From NCBI GenBank assembly GCA_045597865.1, contig JAZLKX010000001.1:1-64000 (forward strand): 64,000 nt of DNA, written 5' to 3'. Of this stretch, positions 18,826 to 28,263 are shown piece by piece. How positions within the stretch are numbered: position 1 is the first letter of the stretch; every line of letters starts with the position of its first letter. The notes under the pieces are model-generated. The model saw nothing but the letters and a program-made list of their open reading frames with translations. It did not search any database and was not told the origin of the DNA. Origin of the DNA: Bacilli bacterium (lineage in GTDB: Bacteria > Bacillota_I > Bacilli_A > RFN20 > CAG-826). Both the position numbers and the translations under genes were made by a program.

Positions 18826-20427
18826 ATGAAAAAGATAGTTTGTTATAGTTTATTAATTTTTTCTACAGCAATTCTTTCAAGCTGTAAATGTCAACATAAG
18901 ATAGTAGTGGATGCTGGAAAAGCACCAACATGTACTGAAACAGGTTTAACAGAAGGAAGCCATTGTAGTGAATGCAATGAGGTTATAACTACTCAAGAAG
19001 TTATTCCAGCAACAGGCCATCATGTTGTAATTGATGCTTCAAAAGCACCAACATGTACTGAAAATGGCCTTACAGAAGGTAGCCATTGTGATATTTGTGG
19101 AGATGTTATCGTTGCTCAACAAGAAGTGCCAATGTTGGATCATAATTACGAATTACAATCAATTTACACTGGTCATATTGACGGAGTTGATAAACCAGGT
19201 CTATTTAAGTGTTCAGTGTGTGAACACGAAGAATATCTACCTATTGATTCTAAATTATTAGGTTTACCTGTGCTTTCATTCACAGGTGACTACACAGGCA
19301 TATCAAAAGATAAAAAAGTTAAACTTCAAGTTAAGATGGAAGACAATGGTGAAGAAATATTTGATTGTGACGCTACACTGAAATGGCAAGGTAGTTCATC
19401 AGTAGGTTTTCCTAAAAAGAATTACAATATGACACTATATAAGAGTGGAACTGACTTTGATAAGAAGAATAAAGTTAAACTTGTTGAAGAGTGGGGCAAA
19501 CAATCAAAATACACTTTAAAGGCTAACTGGGTTGACTACTCACAAATGAGAAATGTTGTGTCTGGCAAATTATATGGCCAAGTTGTTAAATCTAGAAATA
19601 TTGATGACGAATTCAATTCGTTAGTAAACGGTGGTGCTATTGATGGTTTCCCAGTTGTTTTATATGAAAACGGAACATACCAAGGTTTGTATACCTTAAA
19701 TATTCCAAAAGACGACTGGTTGTTTGATATGGATGGGGATGAAAATGACAGAATGGCATTACTTTCCACTAACGCATGGAATAATACAGTTGCACTTAGA
19801 GAACATATTCCAGATGGTATTGGTAATGGATGGGAGCTCGAATATTCTTCTACTGATGAAACAGAAGTTGGAAATGATTGGATTGTTACTTCCTTTAATA
19901 CAATGATGGATTTCATTAATAACAACAATGGTGCAGACTTCAAAAATGGTATTGGTACCTATGTAAACGTTGATAGGGTTATTGATCAAATGTTATTCAC
20001 TTCAATGATTAAAGCTTGTGATAATAGTTCTAAAAACATTATCTGGGCTACATATGATGGTGTTAAATGGCAACCATCTATGTACGACATGGATGGTGTA
20101 TTTGGATTAGTTTGGGACGGTAGCTTCTATGATACTGCCGCGTGGTTTCCATACACTGGAAACGCCTTATGGGAAAAGATTTGGATGAATTACCAATCTG
20201 ATGTGGTGGATAGATATTTCACCCTTAGAGAAAGTGTTATGTCAATTGAAAATATTACTAAAGAATTCACATCTTTTGATAATTTAATTCCAAAGGCAGT
20301 TAGAGAACTTGAAAACATTAAATGGCCAAGTGTTCCATCAATAAGTCAAAATAATTTAAATCAAATAGTTACTTGGTCAACTCAATATCTCACGAATTTC
20401 GATTCATTAATGGAAACATATAAATAG
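18826..20427 (+). CDS. CotH-kinase family lipoprotein with two Cys/His repeats
   Basis: Lipobox SSC; two KAPTCTExGLTEGSHC..C repeats; KWQGSSS..FPKKNY, LKANWVD, DNSSKN, YDMD. Confidence 0.82.
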   Translation: MKKIVCYSLLIFSTAILSSCKCQHKIVVDAGKAPTCTETGLTEGSHCSECNEVITTQEVIPATGHHVVIDASKAPTCTENGLTEGSHCDICGDVIVAQQEVPMLDHNYELQSIYTGHIDGVDKPGLFKCSVCEHEEYLPIDSKLLGLPVLSFTGDYTGISKDKKVKLQVKMEDNGEEIFDCDATLKWQGSSSVGFPKKNYNMTLYKSGTDFDKKNKVKLVEEWGKQSKYTLKANWVDYSQMRNVVSGKLYGQVVKSRNIDDEFNSLVNGGAIDGFPVVLYENGTYQGLYTLNIPKDDWLFDMDGDENDRMALLSTNAWNNTVALREHIPDGIGNGWELEYSSTDETEVGNDWIVTSFNTMMDFINNNNGADFKNGIGTYVNVDRVIDQMLFTSMIKACDNSSKNIIWATYDGVKWQPSMYDMDGVFGLVWDGSFYDTAAWFPYTGNALWEKIWMNYQSDVVDRYFTLRESVMSIENITKEFTSFDNLIPKAVRELENIKWPSVPSISQNNLNQIVTWSTQYLTNFDSLMETYK

Positions 20428-20602
20428 TATAAAAAACGTACCCGTATAGGCACTAAACCCATACACGGTACGTTTTTCTTATGCCATAGAACAACTTATT
20501 CCTTGTTCGTATGGCCCGGATTTTTGCAAAAGAAAACCAAGGCTTTTGCACCTTGGTTCGTGTTCTTTCTTTATATTTCTCTTTTTGTTCTTGTAAGGGA
20601 TT

Positions 20603-21013
20603 TTAATTTGATTCAATAATCTTAATCATCATATCTGGATCAACTATGAATACCCTTTTAGGAAAGTCTTTTAGATTTCCAGTGATTAAGTAGGAATCTT
20701 GAATCATGTTTGCTGCTAATACAACCTGGAAGAATTTAATATCAGACGGGTCTGAGAAGAATTCATCCGTTTCAATTCCATTTAGAACTCGACCATAATC
20801 TTTTATTGTATTTAGAATACTTTGAATTCTTTCTTCTGAGAAATGGAATTTGTCTCTATGTAGTACTTCGACATATTCGTCCATTATTTCATCATTGTAA
20901 ACTGGGATTATTTTTCCTTGCTCAACATATGAAATAATTTTCTCAGGATTTGAATTAGGTTTGATCAGCGCTGATACAATGACGTTTGTATCAATAACTG
21001 CTACATATTTCAC
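20603..21013 (-). CDS. PIN-domain toxin
   Basis: VIDTNVIVSAL, DPSDIKF, LITGNLKDFP. Confidence 0.88.
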   Translation of the reverse strand: MKYVAVIDTNVIVSALIKPNSNPEKIISYVEQGKIIPVYNDEIMDEYVEVLHRDKFHFSEERIQSILNTIKDYGRVLNGIETDEFFSDPSDIKFFQVVLAANMIQDSYLITGNLKDFPKRVFIVDPDMMIKIIESN

Positions 21014-21309
21014 TTCTTATTGTTTTGTTCTTTTCTTACTTCTGCAATAATTTCGTTTATCTCATCAAGAGTTATTTTATCTAAACCCATTTTTTTTGAA
21101 TGCTCATGAATCGCATTTAATGCTTCTTCAAATTCTTCATGGCTAACGTGTTTTTCAATAACAGGTTCAAATGGGATCCCGCCTGTTCTGATTACTTTAA
21201 CCAAAAACATTCTAATAGCTGTGCTTAGATCTAGTCCAACACTCTTAAGAACAAACTCAGCACTTTCTTTTGTGCGTTCATCAATTCTAACTTGTAATAC
21301 TGTTGACAT
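21010..21309 (-). CDS. RelB/DinJ-family antitoxin
   Basis: LQVRIDE..K..AE...GLDLSTAIRMFL...GIPFE; overlaps toxin start. Confidence 0.88.
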   Translation of the reverse strand: MSTVLQVRIDERTKESAEFVLKSVGLDLSTAIRMFLVKVIRTGGIPFEPVIEKHVSHEEFEEALNAIHEHSKKMGLDKITLDEINEIIAEVRKEQNNKK

Positions 21310-21456
21310 AGTTATACTCCTTTGTAATGACATTGTACTACACTTAATGCCTAAAGTGAAGAACTACTTCTCCTTTTTACAAGATACCTCTTGCCGGAAG
21401 AAATAAGATAATAACGCCCCCTTCTTAAGCGTTTATTTTATTTATTTCTTATTTAT

Positions 21457-21497
21457 ATTATACTATTTATTGCTTGATTTATCAAGCAATAAATAGT
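21457..21497 (-). promoter_or_regulatory. Near-consensus sigma-A promoter covered by a perfect 17-bp inverted repeat
   Basis: Minus strand TTGATA-N17-TATAAT; ACTATTTATTGCTTGAT-TT-ATCAAGCAATAAATAGT at 21462-21497. Confidence 0.6.
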
Positions 21498-21556
21498 GTT
21501 AAAACAAAGAATTTTTATAAAAAAAGAGGTTCTTGAGAACCTCTAGTTTATTTAGC

Positions 21557-22444
21557 TTAGTCTGCTGTCTTCTCAGTAAGAATAGTTTTACAGATTTGAT
21601 ATGCTTTTCTTTCTGCAGAAGTGAAGCGCTTGGTAATGTGTCTGATTAAGAATAAGTTTCTCTCAAGTGGAATATCAAGTTCAATTTCTCTAAGTTCACC
21701 AGAGTCAAGATATGGTTTGACAACATCCTCTGCTAGGAAACCAATACCTAAACCTGATTTCGCAAGCTGGATAATAACTAAGTTTGACGCTGATTCCATA
21801 CGTGGGTTTTCAATTTTAACCCCTTTTATAGCGAGTCTATAGTCAATAATACGTCTTGGAGCACTTCCTTTTTCTCTCACGAGTAAATCATAATTAACTA
21901 ATTCATGAAGCTTTAGTTTATTAGGAGCCTTGTATCCTGGAGCACAGACTGCCACTAAGCGGTCTTTACCAACTAATTCAGTTTTAATGTGTGGATTTGA
22001 AACTAATCCTTCCGCAATAGCAAAATCTAAGTCTCCGCTAAGAATCATGGCTTCTAATACGTCTGGCTTTTCAATATATAGTCTAGGATCAACATCAGGC
22101 ATTTGAGTTTTAATACGGTCCAAGAATGCTGGAAGGACAATTTCACCGAATGCCATGGATGAACCAATATAAATATCTGGTTTACTATCTAAGTTACGGG
22201 TAAGTTCTTCAAATTCATTAAAGCTAGCAATTACTTCTTTAGCTTTTGCAAATAAGATTTCACCCTCACGTGTGAGCACTAAATGCCTGTTCACGCGTTT
22301 AAATAAGGTTATATTATAGAATTTTTCCATCTCAATAATTGTTTGAGATACAGATGGTTGAGCTACACAGAGCTCTTCTGCAGTTTTGGAAACAGATCCA
22401 AGTTCGCAGACTTTGATAAATGTTTTTAAGTGTCTAATTGTCAT
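21557..22444 (-). CDS. LysR-family transcriptional regulator
   Basis: HLKTF..V...GSVSKTAEELCVAQPSVSQ, LFKR..LTREG, REKGSAPR. Confidence 0.93.
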   Translation of the reverse strand: MTIRHLKTFIKVCELGSVSKTAEELCVAQPSVSQTIIEMEKFYNITLFKRVNRHLVLTREGEILFAKAKEVIASFNEFEELTRNLDSKPDIYIGSSMAFGEIVLPAFLDRIKTQMPDVDPRLYIEKPDVLEAMILSGDLDFAIAEGLVSNPHIKTELVGKDRLVAVCAPGYKAPNKLKLHELVNYDLLVREKGSAPRRIIDYRLAIKGVKIENPRMESASNLVIIQLAKSGLGIGFLAEDVVKPYLDSGELREIELDIPLERNLFLIRHITKRFTSAERKAYQICKTILTEKTAD

Positions 22445-22581
22445 ATAGGCATCTCCTTATCAATTACTTTATATTATAAAGATATACATATTGCAAGAGG
22501 GATGTTTTGAAAATTGTCTAAATTCATGAGTTTTTGACAATTTTCCTAACATCCTTTCAACAAAGTTGAATAATAAATATG

Positions 22582-22670
22582 TATAAGTAAATACCTATAC
22601 AAAACATATATTTTCCGACTAAATAGGTTTTTAGCTATATAAATTATCGATTTTCGATATTTTACAAAGC
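22582..22670. promoter_or_regulatory. Probable LysR binding region in divergent promoter
   Basis: TATAAGTAAATACCTAT and ATAGGTTTTTAGCTAT; the first recurs at 27344-27360. Confidence 0.5.
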
Positions 22671-22765
22671 ATAGGGTGCCACTGATAATGTAGGTGTAGA
22701 TGAGGTGAGCATCCACAAAAGCACGGTAGCTAATTACACATAACTCACCAAGAAAGGAAATAAAT

Positions 22766-23191
22766 ATGAAAAAGAAATATATGCGCTGTAGTGTATGCGG
22801 TCAAATTGTTGAACTAGTAAAAGATACTGGTGTTGGTCTTATTTGCTGTGGTGAACCAATGGAAGAAATCTCTGCAAGAACAGATGATGAAGTATTCGCA
22901 GAGAAACATCTACCAGTATTTAAAGTAGATGGTAATAAAGTAGTAGTCCAAGTTGGATCAATACTTCATCCATCCACTAATGATCACTATATTCAATGGA
23001 TTACACTTGTCACTACAAGGGGCAGCCAAACCAAAATGCTTAAGCCTGGCGATTCCCCAACAGTTGTCTTCCATATCGCACCAGGTGAAAGTGTTCTAGA
23101 AATCTATGAATACTGTAACATCCATTCACTTTGGAAAACCTGTGTAAAAGATGGCAAGAACAAAAACCAACGTGAACTCGATATGGAGTAA
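22766..23191 (+). CDS. Desulfoferrodoxin / superoxide reductase
   Basis: CSVCG...CCGEPM, EKHLP, HP...HYIQWI, YCNIH. Confidence 0.92.
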   Translation: MKKKYMRCSVCGQIVELVKDTGVGLICCGEPMEEISARTDDEVFAEKHLPVFKVDGNKVVVQVGSILHPSTNDHYIQWITLVTTRGSQTKMLKPGDSPTVVFHIAPGESVLEIYEYCNIHSLWKTCVKDGKNKNQRELDME

Positions 23192-23279
23192 GTAAGGCTT
23201 AAGCTTTAAATAAACGAAGATGTGAGGGGATTGAAATTATGGGTTTAATTCTCTCACATCTTCTCAAAGGAAAATAAAT

Positions 23280-24269
23280 ATGAGAACAATAAAAGCACTC
23301 GTGTATGATTCTAAATCGTACACTAAAGAAGCATTTGAAAATACTGAACATGATGGTATTGAATTCACATATGTGGATACTAAATTAAATAAACACACTG
23401 TTAAACTCGCAAAAGATTACGACACAATTGTAACCTTTGTGAATGATGACCTTGGTGAAGAAGTAATTGAAAAACTTATTGACCAAGGTAAGAAGGCAGT
23501 ATTCCTCAGATGTTCAGGATACAATAACGTTGATCTAAAGAAAGCAAAAGGCAAGATTGACTTCTATCGTGTGCCTAATTATTCACCATACGCTATAGGG
23601 GAATTCACATTCGCGTTACTTCTGACTAGTATGAGAAGGACACATAAAGCATACAATAGAACTCGTGAGTTTAACTTCTCACTTGAAGGTTTTGTAGGTA
23701 TTGACTTACAAGGCAAAACCATTGGAGTAATAGGAACAGGACGTATTGGAAGAGTAGTCATTGATATCGCTAATGGATTTAAGATGAATGTACTCGCATA
23801 TGATCCATACCAAAAAGAAAAGAATGGTCCTATTAAATATGTCTCGCTTAATGAGTTAATAAAGAAGTCAGACATTATTACTTTACACTGTCCATTAACT
23901 AAAAAGACTATGCATATAATTGATAAGAAGGCTATAGATAAGATGAAGAAGGGTGTAGTAATCATTAATACTTCTCGTGGTGGACTCATTGACTCTAAGG
24001 CATTACTTAAAGGAATTGAATCTCGAAAAGTTTCATCCGCATGTTTAGATGTATACGAAGAAGAAGCTGATATCTTCTATGAGGATAGATCTAATCACAT
24101 TCTTAATGATGAAACTTTAAGAGATTTAATCTCAATGCCTAATGTTATAGTAACATCACATCAAGCATTCTTAACTAAAGAAGCGCTAGATAATATTGCT
24201 GTAACAACAATAAGCAATATAAGACGCTTCTTTAGTGGAGATCCAGACGAAGATAACCATACTTTGTAA
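23280..24269 (+). CDS. ldhA: D-lactate / D-2-hydroxyacid dehydrogenase
   Basis: LRCSGYNNVD, RVPNYSP, GTGRIG, LHCPLT, INTSRG, LDVYEEE, TSHQAFLT. Confidence 0.88.
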   Translation: MRTIKALVYDSKSYTKEAFENTEHDGIEFTYVDTKLNKHTVKLAKDYDTIVTFVNDDLGEEVIEKLIDQGKKAVFLRCSGYNNVDLKKAKGKIDFYRVPNYSPYAIGEFTFALLLTSMRRTHKAYNRTREFNFSLEGFVGIDLQGKTIGVIGTGRIGRVVIDIANGFKMNVLAYDPYQKEKNGPIKYVSLNELIKKSDIITLHCPLTKKTMHIIDKKAIDKMKKGVVIINTSRGGLIDSKALLKGIESRKVSSACLDVYEEEADIFYEDRSNHILNDETLRDLISMPNVIVTSHQAFLTKEALDNIAVTTISNIRRFFSGDPDEDNHTL

Positions 24270-24443
24270 ATGCTTTCATGAAAATTTTCAGAAAATGTCT
24301 TGCATTGTTAAAAAATAGTAGTAAAGTATAGCATCAAAATTTCTTACAAAGAGGTAAGAGATTTGATAAAGAAGGCCCCTGATTGCCTAGTAACCTAAAG
24401 TCAGGCCCGATAATGTATTAGTACAGAAAGGAGATTGAATAAT

Positions 24444-24584
24444 ATGTCTGTCTATGAATTAATCTTAGAAGAAGAATATGAAAACAAAGTCAACTCCTCT
24501 GAAAATATAAACCCGGATATTGATGAGGAAAGACCACTTGTAGATGCTAACAACATTAACACCTCAAGTATGTTATTCTTCTAA
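24444..24584 (+). CDS. Small acidic protein (46 aa), not in ORF track
   Basis: AGAAAGGAG RBS; MSVYELILEEEYENKVNSSENINPDIDEERPLVDANNINTSSMLFF; terminator at 24603-24630. Confidence 0.65.
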   Translation: MSVYELILEEEYENKVNSSENINPDIDEERPLVDANNINTSSMLFF

Positions 24585-24695
24585 TAACCCCCAAACAAAA
24601 CTAAGCAATCCAGCAATGGGTTGCTTTTTTGTTAACCCAATCAATTTTGATCATTGTATGTCAATAAATGAGCAGATATTGGGTTAACACGCCTA

Positions 24696-24745
24696 AATAT
24701 GCAACTTTTGCACTTTTTCTTTACTTTTTAGTTCAAAGGTATACT
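24696..24745 (+). promoter_or_regulatory. Palindromic operator plus -10 of HTH-fnlA
   Basis: AATATGCAA-CTT-TTGCACTTT followed by TTCTTTTA, as upstream of HTH-ugd; TATACT at 24740-24745. Confidence 0.6.
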
Positions 24746-24770
24746 ATGTATATAACAAAGAGGTGCAAAT

Positions 24771-25964
24771 ATGACATTAAAAGAAACTCGCAAAAATTGC
24801 AAATTAACTCAAGAAGAAGCAGCAAAAGTTGTAGGTGTTGCTCTTCGTACATATGTTTCCTATGAAAAGGATGAAAAGAAAGCTGATAAGCTCAAATTAA
24901 CAAGAATGATTGAAATTCTAAACGAGTACGCAGCAAAGGATACTTCTATCCTAAAAGATAAGGTTTTATTGATAACGGGTGGTACCGGATCATTCGGACA
25001 CGCTGTTGTAGACAGATTCCTTGAAACTGATATTAAAGAGATCAGAATCCTTTCTCGTGATGAGAAGAAACAAGATGATATGAGAAAGGCATACAACAAC
25101 TCCAAACTTAAATTCTATATTGGCGATGTTCGTAACCTTCCAAGTATTGTTGATGCATTCAAAGGTGTTGACTATGTTTTCTCTGCAGCAGCACTTAAAC
25201 AAGTTCCATCTTGTGAATTCTATCCAATGGAAGCAGTCAGAACAAATGTCATTGGTTCAGACAACGTTATTACAGCATGTGTTCAAAACCATGTTAAGAA
25301 GGCAATCTTCCTTTCCACAGATAAAGCAGCTTATCCAATTAACGCAATGGGTATTTCAAAAGCACTTATGGAGAAAAACGTTATCGCAAGATCAAGACAA
25401 CTTCTTGAAGGCGATACAGTTCTTTGCTTAACTCGTTATGGAAATGTTATGGCGTCTCGTGGTTCAGTTATTCCTCTTTTCTTACAACAAATCAAAGATG
25501 GAAAACCAATTACAATTACAAACCCAGATATGACAAGATTCATGATGACTCTTGATGATGCTGTTGATTTAGTTCTTTATGCATTTGAACATGGTGAACA
25601 AGGAGACTTATTTGTCCAAAAAGCTCCAGCAGCAACAATTGATACTCTCGCAAAAGCAGTTATTTCATTAACAGGAAGCAAGACTGGTATTTCTTACATC
25701 GGAACTCGTCATGGTGAAAAACTCTTTGAAACACTCGTCACTCAAGAAGAAATGCTCAAGGCAGTTGATATGGGAAACTTCTTCTGTGTTAAAGCAGATA
25801 ATAGAGACCTCAACTACGATAAGTACTTCTCAAAAGGAAACAAGAAGTTAAATCTTGGTGAATCTTATACATCCCACAACACCGGAAGACTCGATGTTGA
25901 AGGTATGAAAAAACTCCTTAAAAAACTTGAATTATTTGGCGGTGCAGTTAGACAACACGAGTAA
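24771..25964 (+). CDS. fnlA: XRE-HTH fused to UDP-GlcNAc 4,6-dehydratase/epimerase (FnlA/Cap5E/WbjB)
   Basis: LKETRKNCKLTQEEAAKVVGVALRTYVSYE then LLITGGTGSFG, SRDEKKQ, AALKQVPSCEF, STDKA, RYGNVMASRGSV. Confidence 0.92.
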   Translation: MTLKETRKNCKLTQEEAAKVVGVALRTYVSYEKDEKKADKLKLTRMIEILNEYAAKDTSILKDKVLLITGGTGSFGHAVVDRFLETDIKEIRILSRDEKKQDDMRKAYNNSKLKFYIGDVRNLPSIVDAFKGVDYVFSAAALKQVPSCEFYPMEAVRTNVIGSDNVITACVQNHVKKAIFLSTDKAAYPINAMGISKALMEKNVIARSRQLLEGDTVLCLTRYGNVMASRGSVIPLFLQQIKDGKPITITNPDMTRFMMTLDDAVDLVLYAFEHGEQGDLFVQKAPAATIDTLAKAVISLTGSKTGISYIGTRHGEKLFETLVTQEEMLKAVDMGNFFCVKADNRDLNYDKYFSKGNKKLNLGESYTSHNTGRLDVEGMKKLLKKLELFGGAVRQHE

Positions 25965-25987
25965 TAAAAATTTTAGGATGCAAAAAA

Positions 25988-27088
25988 ATGAAAATTTTAG
26001 TTACTGGTTCTAATGGATTTATTGGTAAACACATGGTTAGGCTTTTAACCAAGCACAACTATGAAGTTTTACCATACGATTTAGACAAGACTGAGAGCGA
26101 CTTAATTAGCTACATTAAAGAGGCTGATTTTGTTGTTCATTTAGCTGGAATCAATCGTCCATTAACAACCGAAGAATTTTATGATGGCAATACTAACTTC
26201 ACAAAGAAAATAGTGGACTTTTTGCGTGAAAATCACCGCGAAATCCCAGTTATTATGTCTTCTTCAATCCAAGCAGCACTTGATAATGATTATGGTAAAT
26301 CTAAGAAAATGGGAGAGGATTTTTTACTCAATTCTGGATTACCTGTTTATGTCTTCAGATTAGCTAATGTTTTTGGCAAATGGTGCAGACCAAATTATAA
26401 CTCTGCAGCAGCTACTTTTATGTACAATATTGCCCATAATTTGCCTATTGAAATTAGGGATCGAAATTACGTTGTTCATTACAATTATGTTGAAGATATT
26501 TGCGAGACTTTTTTAGGATGTATTGAAGGTAAAATTGAGCCATCAAAAAGTATCCTTTCTGTAAGCCCTGTTCATAATTGCTCTTTAGGTGATCTTGCTG
26601 ACAATCTCAATAGATTTAAAAATGCAGTAGAATCAAATGAACATCTTCCAGTGATTCATAACGAATTCGAATATAAATTGTTTGTCTCATTCTTGGATTA
26701 CTTAAGTGAAGAAGGTTATTCCTTCAATTTCGCTGAAGATCAACGTGGCTCATTTGAAGAAATCTACAAATCAAAGAAATATGGACAAATCTCAATCAAT
26801 AAATCTTTCCCTGGAATAACAAAAGGTGGACATTACCACACATACAAAAATGAAATCTTCATGACTGTGAAAGGTGAATGTCTCACACGTCAAAGAAAAA
26901 TTGGTGGTAAAGAAATTCTTGAATTCCCAACAAAAGGAATTGAATCAAAGAAAGTTGATATTTTTCCTAATTATACGCACGACATAAAGAATGTTGGGGA
27001 TGAAGAGTCAATTACACTAATGTGGATTTCAGAAGTATACTCTGATGCAACAGCGGATACATATCGTGAGGATGTAGACCTAAAATGA
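25988..27088 (+). CDS. fnlB: UDP-4-keto-6-deoxy-HexNAc reductase/epimerase with cupin C-terminus (FnlB/Cap5F/WbjC)
   Basis: TGSNGFIG, HLAGINRP, YGKSK, NVFGKWCRPNYNS, DQRGSF, KGGHYH. Confidence 0.88.
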   Translation: MKILVTGSNGFIGKHMVRLLTKHNYEVLPYDLDKTESDLISYIKEADFVVHLAGINRPLTTEEFYDGNTNFTKKIVDFLRENHREIPVIMSSSIQAALDNDYGKSKKMGEDFLLNSGLPVYVFRLANVFGKWCRPNYNSAAATFMYNIAHNLPIEIRDRNYVVHYNYVEDICETFLGCIEGKIEPSKSILSVSPVHNCSLGDLADNLNRFKNAVESNEHLPVIHNEFEYKLFVSFLDYLSEEGYSFNFAEDQRGSFEEIYKSKKYGQISINKSFPGITKGGHYHTYKNEIFMTVKGECLTRQRKIGGKEILEFPTKGIESKKVDIFPNYTHDIKNVGDEESITLMWISEVYSDATADTYREDVDLK

Positions 27089-27315
27089 GAACAATAGAAA
27101 AAGGTGCTACATATAGACATTTCAAAGGTAATCTCTATAAAGTAATTGAGATAGCAAAGAATACTGAAACCAATGAAATGATGGTAGTGTATCAAGCTCT
27201 ATATGGAGATTATGGTATATTTGTAAGACCACTTGATATGTTCCTATCTAAAGTAGACAAAGAAAAATATCCTGATTCAAATCAGGAATACAGATACGAA
27301 AAAGTAGAAGATTAA
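27085..27315 (+). CDS. DUF1653 protein
   Basis: YRHFKG..Y.V...TETNEMMVVYQALYG...FVRPLDMF. Confidence 0.88.
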   Translation: MRTIEKGATYRHFKGNLYKVIEIAKNTETNEMMVVYQALYGDYGIFVRPLDMFLSKVDKEKYPDSNQEYRYEKVED

Positions 27316-27458
27316 GGCATTAACAAAGTTAATGTCTTTTCTTTATAACTAAATACCTATGATGTATATCGTTTTTGTGTATTTTACTAAGCCTTGATTT
27401 TCCTTGAATATATAGTTGAGCAAAGAAAAAACTTGCTCACACTACCAAGGAGGAAAAG

Positions 27459-27557
27459 ATGAGGGGAACATTAATAAATATTGGATTTCTAGCGTTTCTT
27501 GTTTTGTGCTTTCTAATTCAAATATTTCTCTTTCATCGCTTAATCATTAATTGGTAG
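27459..27557 (+). CDS. Small single-TM protein (32 aa), not in ORF track
   Basis: AAGGAGG RBS; MRGTLINIGFLAFLVLCFLIQIFLFHRLIINW. Confidence 0.6.
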   Translation: MRGTLINIGFLAFLVLCFLIQIFLFHRLIINW

Positions 27558-27577
27558 TAAAGAAAGGATCAAAAAAT

Positions 27578-27787
27578 ATGATGTCAACATTCTTAATTAT
27601 TATGGGAATCGTTACCCTAATCATTGCATTAGCTGCAGCGATTGGCCAAATAGTGAAAATTAGTAATGCTTTCAGTGAATATGCATCAGGTTGGGAGAAG
27701 TGCGGAACGATCTTAAATTTACTCGCAATTCTCACTCTTGGAGCAGGCATTGGAATCTTGTTCTTTGTAGTATCAGGATTAATTTAA
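27578..27787 (+). CDS. Small two-TM protein
   Basis: GAAAGGA RBS; two hydrophobic segments. Confidence 0.7.
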   Translation: MMSTFLIIMGIVTLIIALAAAIGQIVKISNAFSEYASGWEKCGTILNLLAILTLGAGIGILFFVVSGLI

Positions 27788-27830
27788 ATAATCCTAAAAC
27801 TAGCAAAATTTTAGTGAAAGGAGATACAAA

Positions 27831-28085
27831 ATGGATAGAAGAAATTGTGTTGCAAGAGGCTACTATAAATTCATAGGTTGTTTTATTGGATTGTTTACTC
27901 TTGTCGGATTAGTTTTCTATATTATTTTGATGGTCAGAACATTAGGCAATGGTACCGATTGGTTAACTACAACTTGGTTAATTTTAGGTCTTGTTGCAAT
28001 GGTAACAATTCTTCCAACTTTAGCTAACTTCTTTATCGGAAGAGGTTGTGGAGATAAGTACCATCTAAACGATACAAATTGCTAA
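27831..28085 (+). CDS. Small two-TM protein
   Basis: GAAAGGAG RBS; two hydrophobic segments. Confidence 0.7.
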   Translation: MDRRNCVARGYYKFIGCFIGLFTLVGLVFYIILMVRTLGNGTDWLTTTWLILGLVAMVTILPTLANFFIGRGCGDKYHLNDTNC

Positions 28086-28263
28086 AAAACAAAAACCTTT
28101 ATTTAAGGGATGACACTAGAAAGTGCCATCCTTTTTACATAAAAACAAAAACCAAGAAAATTCGATAAATTCGAGCTTTTTTGAGCCATATATATTTAAA
28201 TAGTAAATTATTCTTTGAATAAGTAAGGCATTTTGGTAAAATATAAAGCAACTGGAGAAAATT

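Noticed and set aside
18900-19130. Internal DNA repeat in the CotH gene
   Set aside because: It encodes two copies of a common Cys/His surface-protein repeat.
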